From NCBI GenBank assembly GCA_965637545.1, contig OZ281494.1:17546001-17610000 (forward strand): a DNA stretch of 64,000 bases, written 5' to 3'. Origin of the DNA: Phallusia mammillata (Eukaryota). The notes beneath the pieces were generated by a model. It was given only the letters and a program-made list of their open reading frames with translations, ran no database searches and was not told the origin of the DNA. This document shows, piece after piece, positions 36,681-47,467 of this stretch (position 1 is its first letter; every line of letters begins with the position of its first letter). The position numbers and the translations under genes are program-made.

Positions 36681-38043
36681 GTTCTTAACCTTTTTATAAC
36701 GGCCCAACCCCTACGATATTCTTCAGCCTTTGGTCGAACCCCAAATTTACATCGTAGGTTTTAAACCCATTTTCTTTGGTGGACTATAGTTAGTTTTTGT
36801 TCAAACGTATTGGCAACATAGAGCACTAATACTAGAGGCGACACTCCTAAATATCGGCAGATCGGTCACGCTTGGATGCTCCGGGTAAAATCGCCGATTT
36901 CCAGCAATGTACACTACAGTTTTAAGGCCAAAAGCTGTAAGTAGTGAGCTTAAAACGACACTCGCGTGTGCCTGATTGTCATTAAACTAACTTGTCAGGG
37001 TTATTTATGTCTGTTATATGTATTATAATACCACAATCTGGAAAAAAATATCATGAAGGCAAAGTTGAAGATAGTGCACACTGTTTTTACGTGTAAGGTC
37101 TCATCAGTACAGCTGGTTACAAGACACTGGCCATACCGGGTAGCCACTAAAAATGTGACATACGGAAACGTGAGTTCCGCTTACTTCAATATGGATGTAC
37201 ATAAAAATCACTTGGCACTGGCAGTAACCAAATAATTGTACTTTCCAAGACAAAGTTTTAAATTTGGTAAATTCTGGTCCCAAATTTGTCTCAATTATTT
37301 CAAGGCTGATGTTTTCAAAGAACCTTTTCTACTTTTGTAACCCTGTAAGAGGTATGTTGTGGTTATTTATTTTGTTTAGAGCTGTTCTACCATTGTTTTT
37401 TTAATTCACTGAATTTTAGTACCTTTCCTCATGACATTTTTTTATCGGAGTTTTTTTGTGATTTAAACTATGATTGCATAGCTGAAGACAGGTGGCGGTG
37501 CAAAATCCACACTGCATTTACTCCCAAGACTCCAAAAAGAGACACATTTTACTCTAGGACATGCAAAAACTGTATGGTTTTTCAGAATCCTATTAAACCC
37601 AAGAAAATTACAAACCCCAATAATTACTGTACTACTTTCTTCAAACAACTGACATTTGTTGCCAATGTTATGACATTTACAGTGAAGGTTTTTTTGCAGT
37701 GTGCACCAGAACAAATCTATTATGAACAAAATGTGTATAGTAAAGGTTTTCAAAGGAGGGATTTCACATTGAACAAGAAGATAGAAAACAAATCATTTCG
37801 CTTTTGAAGTGCAGTATTTTTTATTTTACTTGTATACATTGCCACCAAAAATATACACTATTTGGGCACATGTTTTTTTGTTGTTTTAAGACAGTTACAT
37901 TAAGGTGGCCAATAAGTTTCAAATAAAATAGAGCTTGATGTTGACTTTTTAGACCACTTTTTGTTGAATTAAAAAAATTTAAAGTCTAAACTCCATTGTG
38001 CAAGTAGAAATGTATCCTGAATACCATTTTGGCAAAGAGGTAT

Positions 38044-38943
38044 TGTTACATCTTATTTGCCAGTAATTGCAGATTTCTATTGATTCCCGCATTTCCTCAG
38101 TACAACTTGTGTTGTAATCTATGGCGTTGTGTGACGTAATAATCGGCTGCCAGTTTTGTGTGATAACGCAACGTGGTTCAGTTCTTTTTGTTGCTGACTT
38201 CCGTGGAGCACGGTGCTGCGTCGGTTGAATTAGAAAAGGCTATTTATTGTCGTGTTGACGATTATTGGTGAGTCACTTTGTACATATGTGTTTAATGACT
38301 CCAAAATGTGAATTATTGTAATGAATGCGAACTTAACCGCAATGACCTAATATGTCATTCGCTTTGTAATAGTTGTACTGTACGTGTAATTGGGTTTAGA
38401 CAAGGTGCTTAAGTTGCATTTTGTTTACGCAGTATTTCTGTTTTATCTTCACGTGAAGCGTGACTTATCCTGAACTGTCACCCAACATAGCTTGGTAAGA
38501 ACTGTGTGTGACGTCATAAAGGCGCAGTGTGGTGATATATGTAATTGAATGTTTAGGTGTGCCAGTAATTGATGCGAGTTGAATACCCGTGCTATTTACT
38601 CTCTCCGGTTACCACAACAGTTGGTAAGATTTGTGCTATATTTCTGCATTTAAAGCGCAGTGTGTTAATGTCATGCTTTGTGCAGAAACCGATTCCGATA
38701 CGTTTCCTAACGATTCCGATACGTTTCCTAACGATTCCGATACGTTTCCTAACGATTCCGATACGTTTCCTATACGTTTCCTATTCGTTTTCATCGTCCT
38801 ACATTCAAAGAATTCGCCTAATAAGATCAGCAAAACATCTATCTGTGTGGACTGGTTGTTGGAGGCTATTAGGAATCGCGTTTCAATTCTCTCCTCGTGT
38901 GACGTTCCGCGCTATAACCGGGGCGCGTTCACGGGACGTTACA
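38044..38943 (+). repeat. 5' LTR
   Basis: TGTTACATC...GACGTTACA. Identical to the 3' LTR except one G/A difference that I found (38168 vs 45256). Confidence 0.95.
38690..38773 (+). repeat. 21-bp tandem repeat x4 inside the LTR (also 45778-45861)
   Basis: Unit CGATTCCGATACGTTTCCTAA. Confidence 0.95.
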
Positions 38944-39146
38944 TGAAAGTTTCAACTGTGTGTTGAAGACAATTGCAGTTGAAATCAAGTTTCAACTGCT
39001 TCCTGAAAGAAAGTTTCAACTGTTAGTTGAACAGAACAATACAGTTGAAATCAAGTTTCAACTGGGTGTTGAACACAATCTGCAGTTGAAATCAAGTTTC
39101 AACTGCTTTTTGAAATAAGCTTCAACTGTGTGTTGAAGACAAGTTT
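38944..39146 (+). repeat. Leader array of AAGTTTCAACTG motifs with three 9-bp-stem hairpins
   Basis: Motif at 38947, 38987, 39011, 39053, 39094 and 39117 (variant). CAGTTGAAA-TCAAG-TTTCAACTG hairpins at 38976, 39042 and 39083. Confidence 0.9.
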
Positions 39147-39177
39147 AACCGTTTGTTGAATATTTAAGCCGTCCAAG

Positions 39178-42100
39178 ATGAGCCAATCAAACGTTACAAC
39201 TCCTGAAGCGGTCGCTGATTGTCGTCGACGCCTAAGTGAACAATACCTAGTCGCCGAGTGTCTGATGAAGGACCACCGCAACAAGCAGGTGCTCGAGACG
39301 GTTTTGGTTGCGCTCGAACATCTTTTTATCGATGCTGTTGCTGCCTACGAGGCGCATCCCGATCTTGCCGACGAACTAGCAAGCATAAGGAAAAACAAGG
39401 CCGAATTCGATGACCGAGTCTCTCACTGGGTTCGTGAGGTAAATTCTCCATCTACCAGTGTTTTACCTGTTAACATAGCTAGTCCGAGTGGAAGCGGTGA
39501 TAAGAGTCCAAAGGACAACGACTCGTTCTGCGGACGAAGTAGGCGCTCTAGTTCTTCGACTAATAGTAGAACTAGAGTTAAAGTAACGACACAGCTCGCG
39601 CGTCTTGCCATTCAGCAGACTGCGCAGAAGCAGGAGCTGGCCAGACAGCAGCAAGAAATGAAAAGGCGACGTGCCGAGGAAGAAATCCGTCGTGCTGAAG
39701 AAGAACAGCGCCAAAAGGACAGCATGGAAATGCTAGAACTGCAGCACCAGCTACAAGCCGCAGAGGTCGAGGAGAAAGTTTGGGATGAGATGTCAGGAAA
39801 CACGGAGTACGTGACGGTGAAGGAAGGTTCTGGTGAATCGACCACGCCTCCCCTGGAGGAGCCGCTCGGGGATCAACGCCGCGTATTGTTCACGTCACCG
39901 CCTGTCACGTCGCAGCGAAGCCCTCCTGATCAGCGGTATGTGGTTGACTATGTTGCTCCGTCAGAGCCCCTGTCCCAATATGCGCCCAAAATTAAATCTT
40001 CGTTTGACGAAAGAGGTTCGTTCACAGCAACAAACCCAATTGTAAATAGTATTTGTACATATGATTCGGTCAAGCCAACTGGCGTGCATGACAATGAGAT
40101 TGCATCACTTGTAAAGCACATAAACAGACCGAAGCCTAAAGTTCTCGTTTTTGATGGCAATCCAATGGACTATTGGAAGTTTGTCCGCAATTTTGATTCT
40201 CGTATCGACGACAAGGTCGACGACGATGGTGCCAAATTGTCGTATTTGGCGCAGCATTGTGATGGCAAGGCCCGTAAATTGATTGAACACTGCTTTAGAC
40301 TAAAGGAAAACGGGTACCAACAAGCGAGGCAGTTACTGTACGACCACTTTGGCAAGTCACATATAATCGCTCATGCATGTGTAAGGTGTGTTGTCAACGG
40401 TCCAGAATTGCGACCGAACGATGCTGCTGGTTTAAGCGAGCTTGCGCAGTCGCTGCGCGATTGTTTACTTACGCTTTCAGACATTGACGAGCATTCCGAG
40501 ATGAATAATTACCCTACGTTGATTGCTGTTGTGAATCGTCTACCGTTCAAGATGCAAGAGGCTTGGAAACGGCGTGTTGAGAAAATTCTCAGAGATACTG
40601 GCCGTGAACCTTTGTTTGAGCATCTTGTGGACTTTGTGGAAACTGAGGATCGGATTGCAAATTCGTTGTTCAGCCGCATGCTCGATGAGCATCGCAACGA
40701 AGCTAAGAAGGCGAAAGGTAAAAGTAGTCATGTAAAGGCTTCCAGTCATGTTGTTGTAAGCGAACAAGAATCTAGACCTAAGGCTCGTGCCGGACCTTCT
40801 CATTTTCCCACTGCCCCGCTCTGTCAGTGCTGTTCGGGAAATCACGTGCTTGCTAAATGCGAGGAATTTAAATCCCGGTGTTACCGTGATCGTCTGCGCG
40901 TCACCCGGCGCCGCAGACTCTGTGATAATTGTTTCAGATTTGGGCACTTTGCTACTAAGTGCAACAGCCCCAAAGCGTGTACCGTCAGGGACTGCAATGA
41001 AGCCCATCACACCTTATTGCATCCGCCAGAGAAGAGAGAGGACGAGTCTCCTGTCAAAGGACCTGCGCCGGAACGGACAGTTTGTTCGGTTGTGTCGGCG
41101 ATTGGAAAGGACTGTCATGCTTCCTCTGGTAGACAGAGCGTCAACTTGATGATGGTTGCGGTCAAAGTCCGTGCTAACGGTAGGACTGTTGATACTTACG
41201 CTCTTTTAGATACTGGCTCGGGCATTACTTTGTGCGACAAAAAACTGACAGACAAGCTTGGTCTACGAGGTGAAGCGAGCAACGTGACGCTTAAAACGGT
41301 CAACGGAGACAGTCGCAGGCGCGAGGGCAAAAGAGTAAATTTATCTGTTGCTTCGCTTGATGGCTCCACAACTGTTGAACTCCCCGAGGTGTTCGCTGTT
41401 GATTGTCTGCCTATTACCGCCAACAAGTTTCCGAGAAACGCGGAATTAGATGCGCTTCCACATATCAGAGACCTGTCATTCCCACAGGTAGATTGCAGTG
41501 AAGCTTTGCTGCTCATCGGGCTGGACGTTCCAGAGGCCTTTCTCGTGCAAGAGGTACGAAAGGGAAAACCGAAGCAACCTGTTGCATTTAGAGTTCCACT
41601 GGGATGGGCATTGGCAGGACCTGTCTCTAACAAGTCAACTGATTTGTTTTCCGTCATCTTTACTCAAGTTGCCAATGATTCGCTGCACGAGAAGTTAGAG
41701 CGAATGTGGAAGACCGACTTTCAAGATACTAACGCCGACGCGATGCCTATGTCGCGTGAAGACCGGTACGTCTTAGATAAAATGAAAACCAGTGTGCAAT
41801 TCAAGCAAGGTCATTATGAGTTGCCGTTGCCATGGCGCCCGAACGCACAACCGCTTCGGTGCAACCGGGACATGGCGCTAAATCGTTTGGGTTCTTTGGA
41901 ACGTCGCATGAGACGCGACACCGTGCTACGCGATGCGTATACAAAGACGGTACAGGGTTACATAGCTAAGGGCTATGCCGAAGAAGTTCCAGATGAGAAA
42001 CAGTCTGCAGAGGTAGTATGGTACCTGCCGCATCACCCTGTTATAAATCCACACAAGCCCGGGAAAGTACGGGTAGTTTTTGACTGTGCTGCCAAATACC

Positions 42101-45042
42101 GCGACCAGTCGTTGAATGATGCTTTACTCCAGGGTCCGGATCTGACCAATTCCTTAGTAGGAGTTCTTTCAAGGTTTCGGATGGAAAAGGTAGCTCTTGT
42201 GGCCGACGTGGAGGCCATGTTTCATCAGATACGTGTGAAGCCGACAGATTGCGATGCACTTCGGTTCTTGTGGTGGCCTGATGGCGATGTGTCAAAGAAG
42301 CCCACCGCGCACAGAATGCTCGTTCATTTGTTTGGAGCAACTTCTTCCCCTTCCTGTGCGAGTTTTTGTCTTAAACAAGCCGCTGATGATTTGCGAAGCG
42401 AATTTCCAAATGAAGTCGTCGAGACGGTAGAAAAGAATTTCTACGTTGACGACTGTTTAAAATCCGTGTCGACTGAAGCAGAAGCAGTTCAGTTGGTCAA
42501 AGGTATTTGTGCACTTCTCAAGAAGAAGGGATTTCGGCTAACCAAGTGGCTTAGCAACAGCGAGCGAGTTCTCGCGTCTATTGATGAAGAGGAACGGGCT
42601 AAATCGGTGAAGGAGCTGGACGTGGATGGTTCCTCCTGCGAGAGGGTACTTGGTGTTCGATGGAACGTTTCGTCGGACGAGTTCGGTTTCAATGTCGATG
42701 TAAAGCAGCCTACAGCCTACACCAGAAGGACAATCCTGTCGGTGGTAAGTTCCTTATACGATCCTCTTGGCTTTGCAGCGCCTGTGATCGTGGTGGCCAA
42801 GACTATGCAAAGAGATCTCTGCAGAAAGCAGCTGGGATGGGATGACGTTCTTTCCGATGAAGACTCCGAATCGTGGGCAAAATGGTTGCAGCAACTACCG
42901 CGGTTAGGAGACGTCGTTCTGCCAAGATGCGTGAAGCCCCACGATTTTGGTAAGGTGCGAAAAACGGAATTGCACCATTTTGCAGATGCGTCATCTACAG
43001 CTTACGGTGCGGTGACCTATCTGAGGCTGGTAGACGAGCGAGGACGCATTCACTGCTCGTTTGTAATAGGCAAGGCACGCGTTGCCCCCCTGAAGACATG
43101 TTCGATTCCCCGCTTGGAGTTGACGGCGGCCGTTGTTGCAGCGAAGTTGGATCAACTTGTAAGAAAGGAGCTGCAACTGGACGAATGCCAATCCGTGTTC
43201 TGGACGGATTCGACTGCGGTTCTTCAAAGTATTCGCAACTGCAATAAGCGCTTTCCAGTGTTTGTTGCAAATCGCTTGGCCAAAATCGAGGATGTTTCCC
43301 GGCCTAGTCAATGGAGACACGTCAGCACCAAAGTAAATCCAGCGGACGAGGCGTCTCGTGGACTCAGTGTGAATAAATTCCTTAGGTCCAGCCGATGGCT
43401 TACTGGACCCCAGTTTCTCTGGGAGCAAGAAGATGGATGGCCTACCTGTCCGGACTTGTCGTCATTGCCAATCGAATTTCTTTTGTTAAAGAAAGAAACT
43501 CAAACCGTTTGTCTGGTCGCCAGCGAATCCGCTACGGATCGACTCATTGCCAGATACTCATCACTCAATCGGCTGAAAAGGGCTGTAAGCTGGTTGCTCA
43601 GATTCAAATCGATGTTGATGTCAAGGAGGTTTCCTGCCAAGTATCAAGCACCTACTGGCCAACTGACCGTTGTTGAACTCAAGGCTGCCGAGCTTGAGAT
43701 TGTAAAGTATGTGCAGAGACGAAGTTTCCCAGGCGTTATGGCTGCGATGTCAAAGGCCAAAGGCGAACCTGTTCGTTTACCAAAGAAAAAGAGGGCTCTT
43801 GGAAAGCTTAACCCAATTCTTGTCAATGGAGTTATGAGAGTTGGTGGAAGGCTCGAGCGTGCATGTGTCGAGTTTGATGTGAAGCATCCGATGATTCTTC
43901 CATACGACCATCGATTTACAGACCTGGTGATTATGCAGCAGCATGACGAGGTTGGCCATTCTGGAATGGGACACACATGGTCGTCTCTCAGGCAACGCTA
44001 CTGGATCATCAAAGGAGGAGTAGCGGTTCGTCGTGTTCTCGGCAAGTGTGTTTCCTGTCGACGAAGAAATGGCTCTCTGGGCAAACAGATGATGGCAGAC
44101 CTTCCTGCTGCGAGACTGCAGGCCAATAAGCCGCCGTTCTCAGTGGTCGGTGTCGACTACTTTGGACCTTTCCTTGTGAAGCAAGGACGAAGTGAGGTAA
44201 AGAGGTACGGGTGCATCTTTAGCTGTTTCTCCACCAGGGCCGCGCACATCGAGATAGCGCATTCACTGTCTACGGACTCCTTTATCGGAGCTCTCCGACG
44301 TTTCATCGGTCGTCGAGGACGACCAGACCAGATCTACAGCGACAACGGCACAAACTTCGTTGGAGCTGAGCGCATCCTGCGCGAAGAGCTGAACAGGTGG
44401 AATCAAAGGCAGATCTACAAATATCTGCAACAACGTGATATTGCGTGGAGCTTCAATCTTCCCACTGCCAGCCACATGGGTGGGGTTTGGGAGCGAATGA
44501 TACGCTCTGTGCGCAAAATTCTCAACGCTCTGCTTTCGGAGCAGACATTGTCCGATGAGAAATTGATGACGCTGATGGTGGAGGTCGAGGCCATCCTGAA
44601 CTCTCGTCCCTTGGTTCCGGTGACGTTCGATTCGAAGGATGAGGAGCCCCTTACACCAAATCACCTACTGCTGCAACGTGCAGCGCCGAATATGTCCCCT
44701 GGACTGTTTACGGGGAAGGACTGTTTCCATCGTAACCGTTGGCGCCAAGTACAATACTTGGCCGACCAATTTTGGCGGCGATGGTCGCGCGAGTACCTGC
44801 CGACGCTAATGCCCAGATCAAAGTGGGCAAATGGACATTCTAATTTCACGGTCGGCGACATTGTGCTTGTAGCGGATGATAATCAGCCTAGGAGCAAATG
44901 GCTTCTGGGTCGCGTGACCGATGTGCTTCCTGATCGGAAGGGAGTAGTGCGTCAGGTGATCGTCAAGACTCACACTGGAGCACTCAGACGCCCAATTGCA
45001 AAATTGTGCTTGCTATGCCGCGACGACGCGATGCGTGATTAG
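39178..45042 (+). CDS. BEL/Pao Gag-Pol polyprotein, 1954 aa, uninterrupted
   Basis: Gag with three Cys/His knuckles, protease ALLDTGS, RT RVVFDCAA / FYVDD, RNase H LHHFADAS, integrase HSG..CVSC, GVDYFGP, SDNGTNF, GGVWER. Order PR-RT-RH-IN. Confidence 0.97.
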   Translation: MSQSNVTTPEAVADCRRRLSEQYLVAECLMKDHRNKQVLETVLVALEHLFIDAVAAYEAHPDLADELASIRKNKAEFDDRVSHWVREVNSPSTSVLPVNIASPSGSGDKSPKDNDSFCGRSRRSSSSTNSRTRVKVTTQLARLAIQQTAQKQELARQQQEMKRRRAEEEIRRAEEEQRQKDSMEMLELQHQLQAAEVEEKVWDEMSGNTEYVTVKEGSGESTTPPLEEPLGDQRRVLFTSPPVTSQRSPPDQRYVVDYVAPSEPLSQYAPKIKSSFDERGSFTATNPIVNSICTYDSVKPTGVHDNEIASLVKHINRPKPKVLVFDGNPMDYWKFVRNFDSRIDDKVDDDGAKLSYLAQHCDGKARKLIEHCFRLKENGYQQARQLLYDHFGKSHIIAHACVRCVVNGPELRPNDAAGLSELAQSLRDCLLTLSDIDEHSEMNNYPTLIAVVNRLPFKMQEAWKRRVEKILRDTGREPLFEHLVDFVETEDRIANSLFSRMLDEHRNEAKKAKGKSSHVKASSHVVVSEQESRPKARAGPSHFPTAPLCQCCSGNHVLAKCEEFKSRCYRDRLRVTRRRRLCDNCFRFGHFATKCNSPKACTVRDCNEAHHTLLHPPEKREDESPVKGPAPERTVCSVVSAIGKDCHASSGRQSVNLMMVAVKVRANGRTVDTYALLDTGSGITLCDKKLTDKLGLRGEASNVTLKTVNGDSRRREGKRVNLSVASLDGSTTVELPEVFAVDCLPITANKFPRNAELDALPHIRDLSFPQVDCSEALLLIGLDVPEAFLVQEVRKGKPKQPVAFRVPLGWALAGPVSNKSTDLFSVIFTQVANDSLHEKLERMWKTDFQDTNADAMPMSREDRYVLDKMKTSVQFKQGHYELPLPWRPNAQPLRCNRDMALNRLGSLERRMRRDTVLRDAYTKTVQGYIAKGYAEEVPDEKQSAEVVWYLPHHPVINPHKPGKVRVVFDCAAKYRDQSLNDALLQGPDLTNSLVGVLSRFRMEKVALVADVEAMFHQIRVKPTDCDALRFLWWPDGDVSKKPTAHRMLVHLFGATSSPSCASFCLKQAADDLRSEFPNEVVETVEKNFYVDDCLKSVSTEAEAVQLVKGICALLKKKGFRLTKWLSNSERVLASIDEEERAKSVKELDVDGSSCERVLGVRWNVSSDEFGFNVDVKQPTAYTRRTILSVVSSLYDPLGFAAPVIVVAKTMQRDLCRKQLGWDDVLSDEDSESWAKWLQQLPRLGDVVLPRCVKPHDFGKVRKTELHHFADASSTAYGAVTYLRLVDERGRIHCSFVIGKARVAPLKTCSIPRLELTAAVVAAKLDQLVRKELQLDECQSVFWTDSTAVLQSIRNCNKRFPVFVANRLAKIEDVSRPSQWRHVSTKVNPADEASRGLSVNKFLRSSRWLTGPQFLWEQEDGWPTCPDLSSLPIEFLLLKKETQTVCLVASESATDRLIARYSSLNRLKRAVSWLLRFKSMLMSRRFPAKYQAPTGQLTVVELKAAELEIVKYVQRRSFPGVMAAMSKAKGEPVRLPKKKRALGKLNPILVNGVMRVGGRLERACVEFDVKHPMILPYDHRFTDLVIMQQHDEVGHSGMGHTWSSLRQRYWIIKGGVAVRRVLGKCVSCRRRNGSLGKQMMADLPAARLQANKPPFSVVGVDYFGPFLVKQGRSEVKRYGCIFSCFSTRAAHIEIAHSLSTDSFIGALRRFIGRRGRPDQIYSDNGTNFVGAERILREELNRWNQRQIYKYLQQRDIAWSFNLPTASHMGGVWERMIRSVRKILNALLSEQTLSDEKLMTLMVEVEAILNSRPLVPVTFDSKDEEPLTPNHLLLQRAAPNMSPGLFTGKDCFHRNRWRQVQYLADQFWRRWSREYLPTLMPRSKWANGHSNFTVGDIVLVADDNQPRSKWLLGRVTDVLPDRKGVVRQVIVKTHTGALRRPIAKLCLLCRDDAMRD

Positions 45043-45131
45043 TTGTGTGTTTATTGTGTTCGCAATTACTGCCGATGTTTGTGTGTTGTGTTGTAAATGT
45101 ACTCCTTGGATTCGTACATTGTGGGGGGGTA

Positions 45132-46031
45132 TGTTACATCTTATTTGCCAGTAATTGCAGATTTCTATTGATTCCCGCATTTCCTCAGTACAACTTGTGT
45201 TGTAATCTATGGCGTTGTGTGACGTAATAATCGGCTGCCAGTTTTGTGTGATAACACAACGTGGTTCAGTTCTTTTTGTTGCTGACTTCCGTGGAGCACG
45301 GTGCTGCGTCGGTTGAATTAGAAAAGGCTATTTATTGTCGTGTTGACGATTATTGGTGAGTCACTTTGTACATATGTGTTTAATGACTCCAAAATGTGAA
45401 TTATTGTAATGAATGCGAACTTAACCGCAATGACCTAATATGTCATTCGCTTTGTAATAGTTGTACTGTACGTGTAATTGGGTTTAGACAAGGTGCTTAA
45501 GTTGCATTTTGTTTACGCAGTATTTCTGTTTTATCTTCACGTGAAGCGTGACTTATCCTGAACTGTCACCCAACATAGCTTGGTAAGAACTGTGTGTGAC
45601 GTCATAAAGGCGCAGTGTGGTGATATATGTAATTGAATGTTTAGGTGTGCCAGTAATTGATGCGAGTTGAATACCCGTGCTATTTACTCTCTCCGGTTAC
45701 CACAACAGTTGGTAAGATTTGTGCTATATTTCTGCATTTAAAGCGCAGTGTGTTAATGTCATGCTTTGTGCAGAAACCGATTCCGATACGTTTCCTAACG
45801 ATTCCGATACGTTTCCTAACGATTCCGATACGTTTCCTAACGATTCCGATACGTTTCCTATACGTTTCCTATTCGTTTTCATCGTCCTACATTCAAAGAA
45901 TTCGCCTAATAAGATCAGCAAAACATCTATCTGTGTGGACTGGTTGTTGGAGGCTATTAGGAATCGCGTTTCAATTCTCTCCTCGTGTGACGTTCCGCGC
46001 TATAACCGGGGCGCGTTCACGGGACGTTACA
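45132..46031 (+). repeat. 3' LTR
   Basis: Copy of 38044-38943, followed by TSD GGTAT. Confidence 0.95.
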
Positions 46032-47134
46032 GGTATGATAAAATTTCCTGGTGGACAACATGGCACAAACCATTTTTTAGGTTGTTATTTGACACAAAAC
46101 AAATGAGTCCCCATGCACATATGTGTTGCAAATTGTCTGCAGTATAAATGTTGGACAAATTAGTAGAAACAACTTGTTGCATTCCAAGAACTTCACATGC
46201 ACTTTTTGCGAATTTGCGCATATTTTTTGTGCAAAAGTTCTGGTTTGTTGTTTATTAAAGATTGCTGTATAGTTGATTGCATGAATGACCTGCCGGCTGC
46301 AGACATCAGTACAAACGTCTGGTACATCTACTGTTACACTTTTAGCTATTTTTGCAGCAGTAGAATAGATATCTTCCACTTCTCGAGGTGATACATCGGT
46401 CTTGGTAGCAGTGAGACAACATGTACGCTGTTCCTGGACATTCAACACTGGTTGCCCTGGTCTCTTGATCAATTTCAATAACAATTAGGTCGATTTTTCT
46501 CCTTAAGCATGTTGCTTCTTCTAAATTCATCTTATAGTACTTTTTGCATAGCAAAAAAATAAATACCGGCTGCTTGGCTTTTCATTTATTAGTACAAACT
46601 TGGAAAAAAAGCTAAAACGTGCTTTGCTATTAGAAGCAAAAACTAATGAAAATGGTCACGTGGCAACGGAGCATCCAAGCGTGACCAATCTGCAGAGGTT
46701 GATCAGAAAAAAGTGCCGCAATTCCTTGTTTGTCTATTTTTTTTGCAAAGCTAAAACTGTGTTCCACAGAATGTAGTTGTTAAATATCTTATTGCTTTAA
46801 AAAATAGATATATTTGCTAAACAAGACAAGATATGATTGATTTCACGCTTGAGTGAACAATCAGTTACCTCTCTAGTATTAGTGCTCTATGGTGGCAACA
46901 GTTACTGTTTGTCATTTTGTTATATTCTGACATAATAGTACAAACAACTTGTTTCATGATTGAATTTTTAGTTTTTACCAAAATGAAGCATTATATTTTT
47001 AGCATCTGTACACAAGCATGAAAAAGATGAAGTAATACGTTTTTGCTACCAACAAAATTTCGTTGTGTTTGTGCTTACGAACAACGCGAACAATGCTCTT
47101 TGTTACGTCAAAAAAAGAAAATAAAACCTAAATG

Positions 47135-47467
47135 CAGGGGTGCACAACCACACCAACGGCCGCTGTTTACGTGCTTATTTATGTTTTAAAAATACTTGGT
47201 TTGATTATATCATGTATTTACCATCTAATAGCGCCCCAAAAGCCCAGATTAATTTCTAGCTCGGTGCACAGATTGAGCTACACAGCGAGGAGATCAGTCT
47301 TAAGTGTTTATGATGTCATAATGTATATTGTGATGCTTGTGGTACCTGTTTTGTTCGCATTGTTGGCACACAATAGGCGTACAAAAAGTCTGACACATTT
47401 GGTTATTAGGCTGGAAATACTCTTTTTAGTACCCCAAAACTGTTTAGAGCAGTTTAAAGCACCCCTG
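47135..47467. mobile_element. Older hAT-type MITE nested in the right arm of the 36239 host
   Basis: TIR CAGGGGTGC / GCACCCCTG; degenerate TSD CCTAAATG / CCTAAGTT. Confidence 0.6.

Larger units (their letters stand above)
38044..46031 (+). mobile_element. Full-length BEL/Pao LTR retrotransposon
   Basis: 900-bp TG...CA LTRs at 38044-38943 and 45132-46031; 5-bp TSD GGTAT; G-rich PPT at ~45121-45130; single gag-pol ORF. Confidence 0.97.
36817..46891. mobile_element. P-like TIR DNA transposon (~2.1 kb without the BEL insert), non-autonomous
   Basis: Perfect 21-bp TIR CATAGAGCACTAATACTAGAG; flanks TTGGCAA / GTGGCAA (7 bp, 1 mismatch); 27-bp internal inverted repeat at 36857-36883 / 46667-46693. 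Superfamily assignment is inference. Confidence 0.7.

Noticed and set aside
37033-37240. SWIM-finger-like remnant in the left arm of the CATAGAG element
   Set aside because: It needs several frameshifts, and lies on the opposite strand from the YqaJ-like remnant.
38569-38966. ORFs with TIPIRFL / NDSDTFP repeats (also 45657-46147)
   Set aside because: They are translations of the 21-bp LTR tandem repeat, not genes.
38944-39146. CRISPR-like repeat/spacer appearance of the palindromic AAGTTTCAACTG array
   Set aside because: The DNA is eukaryotic, the spacers are irregular and mutually similar, there are no cas genes, and the array sits in a retrotransposon leader.
39423-44861. Numerous 60-156-aa alternative-frame and antisense ORFs in the BEL element
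   Set aside because: They are shadows of the GC-richer gag-pol frame with no recognisable motifs.
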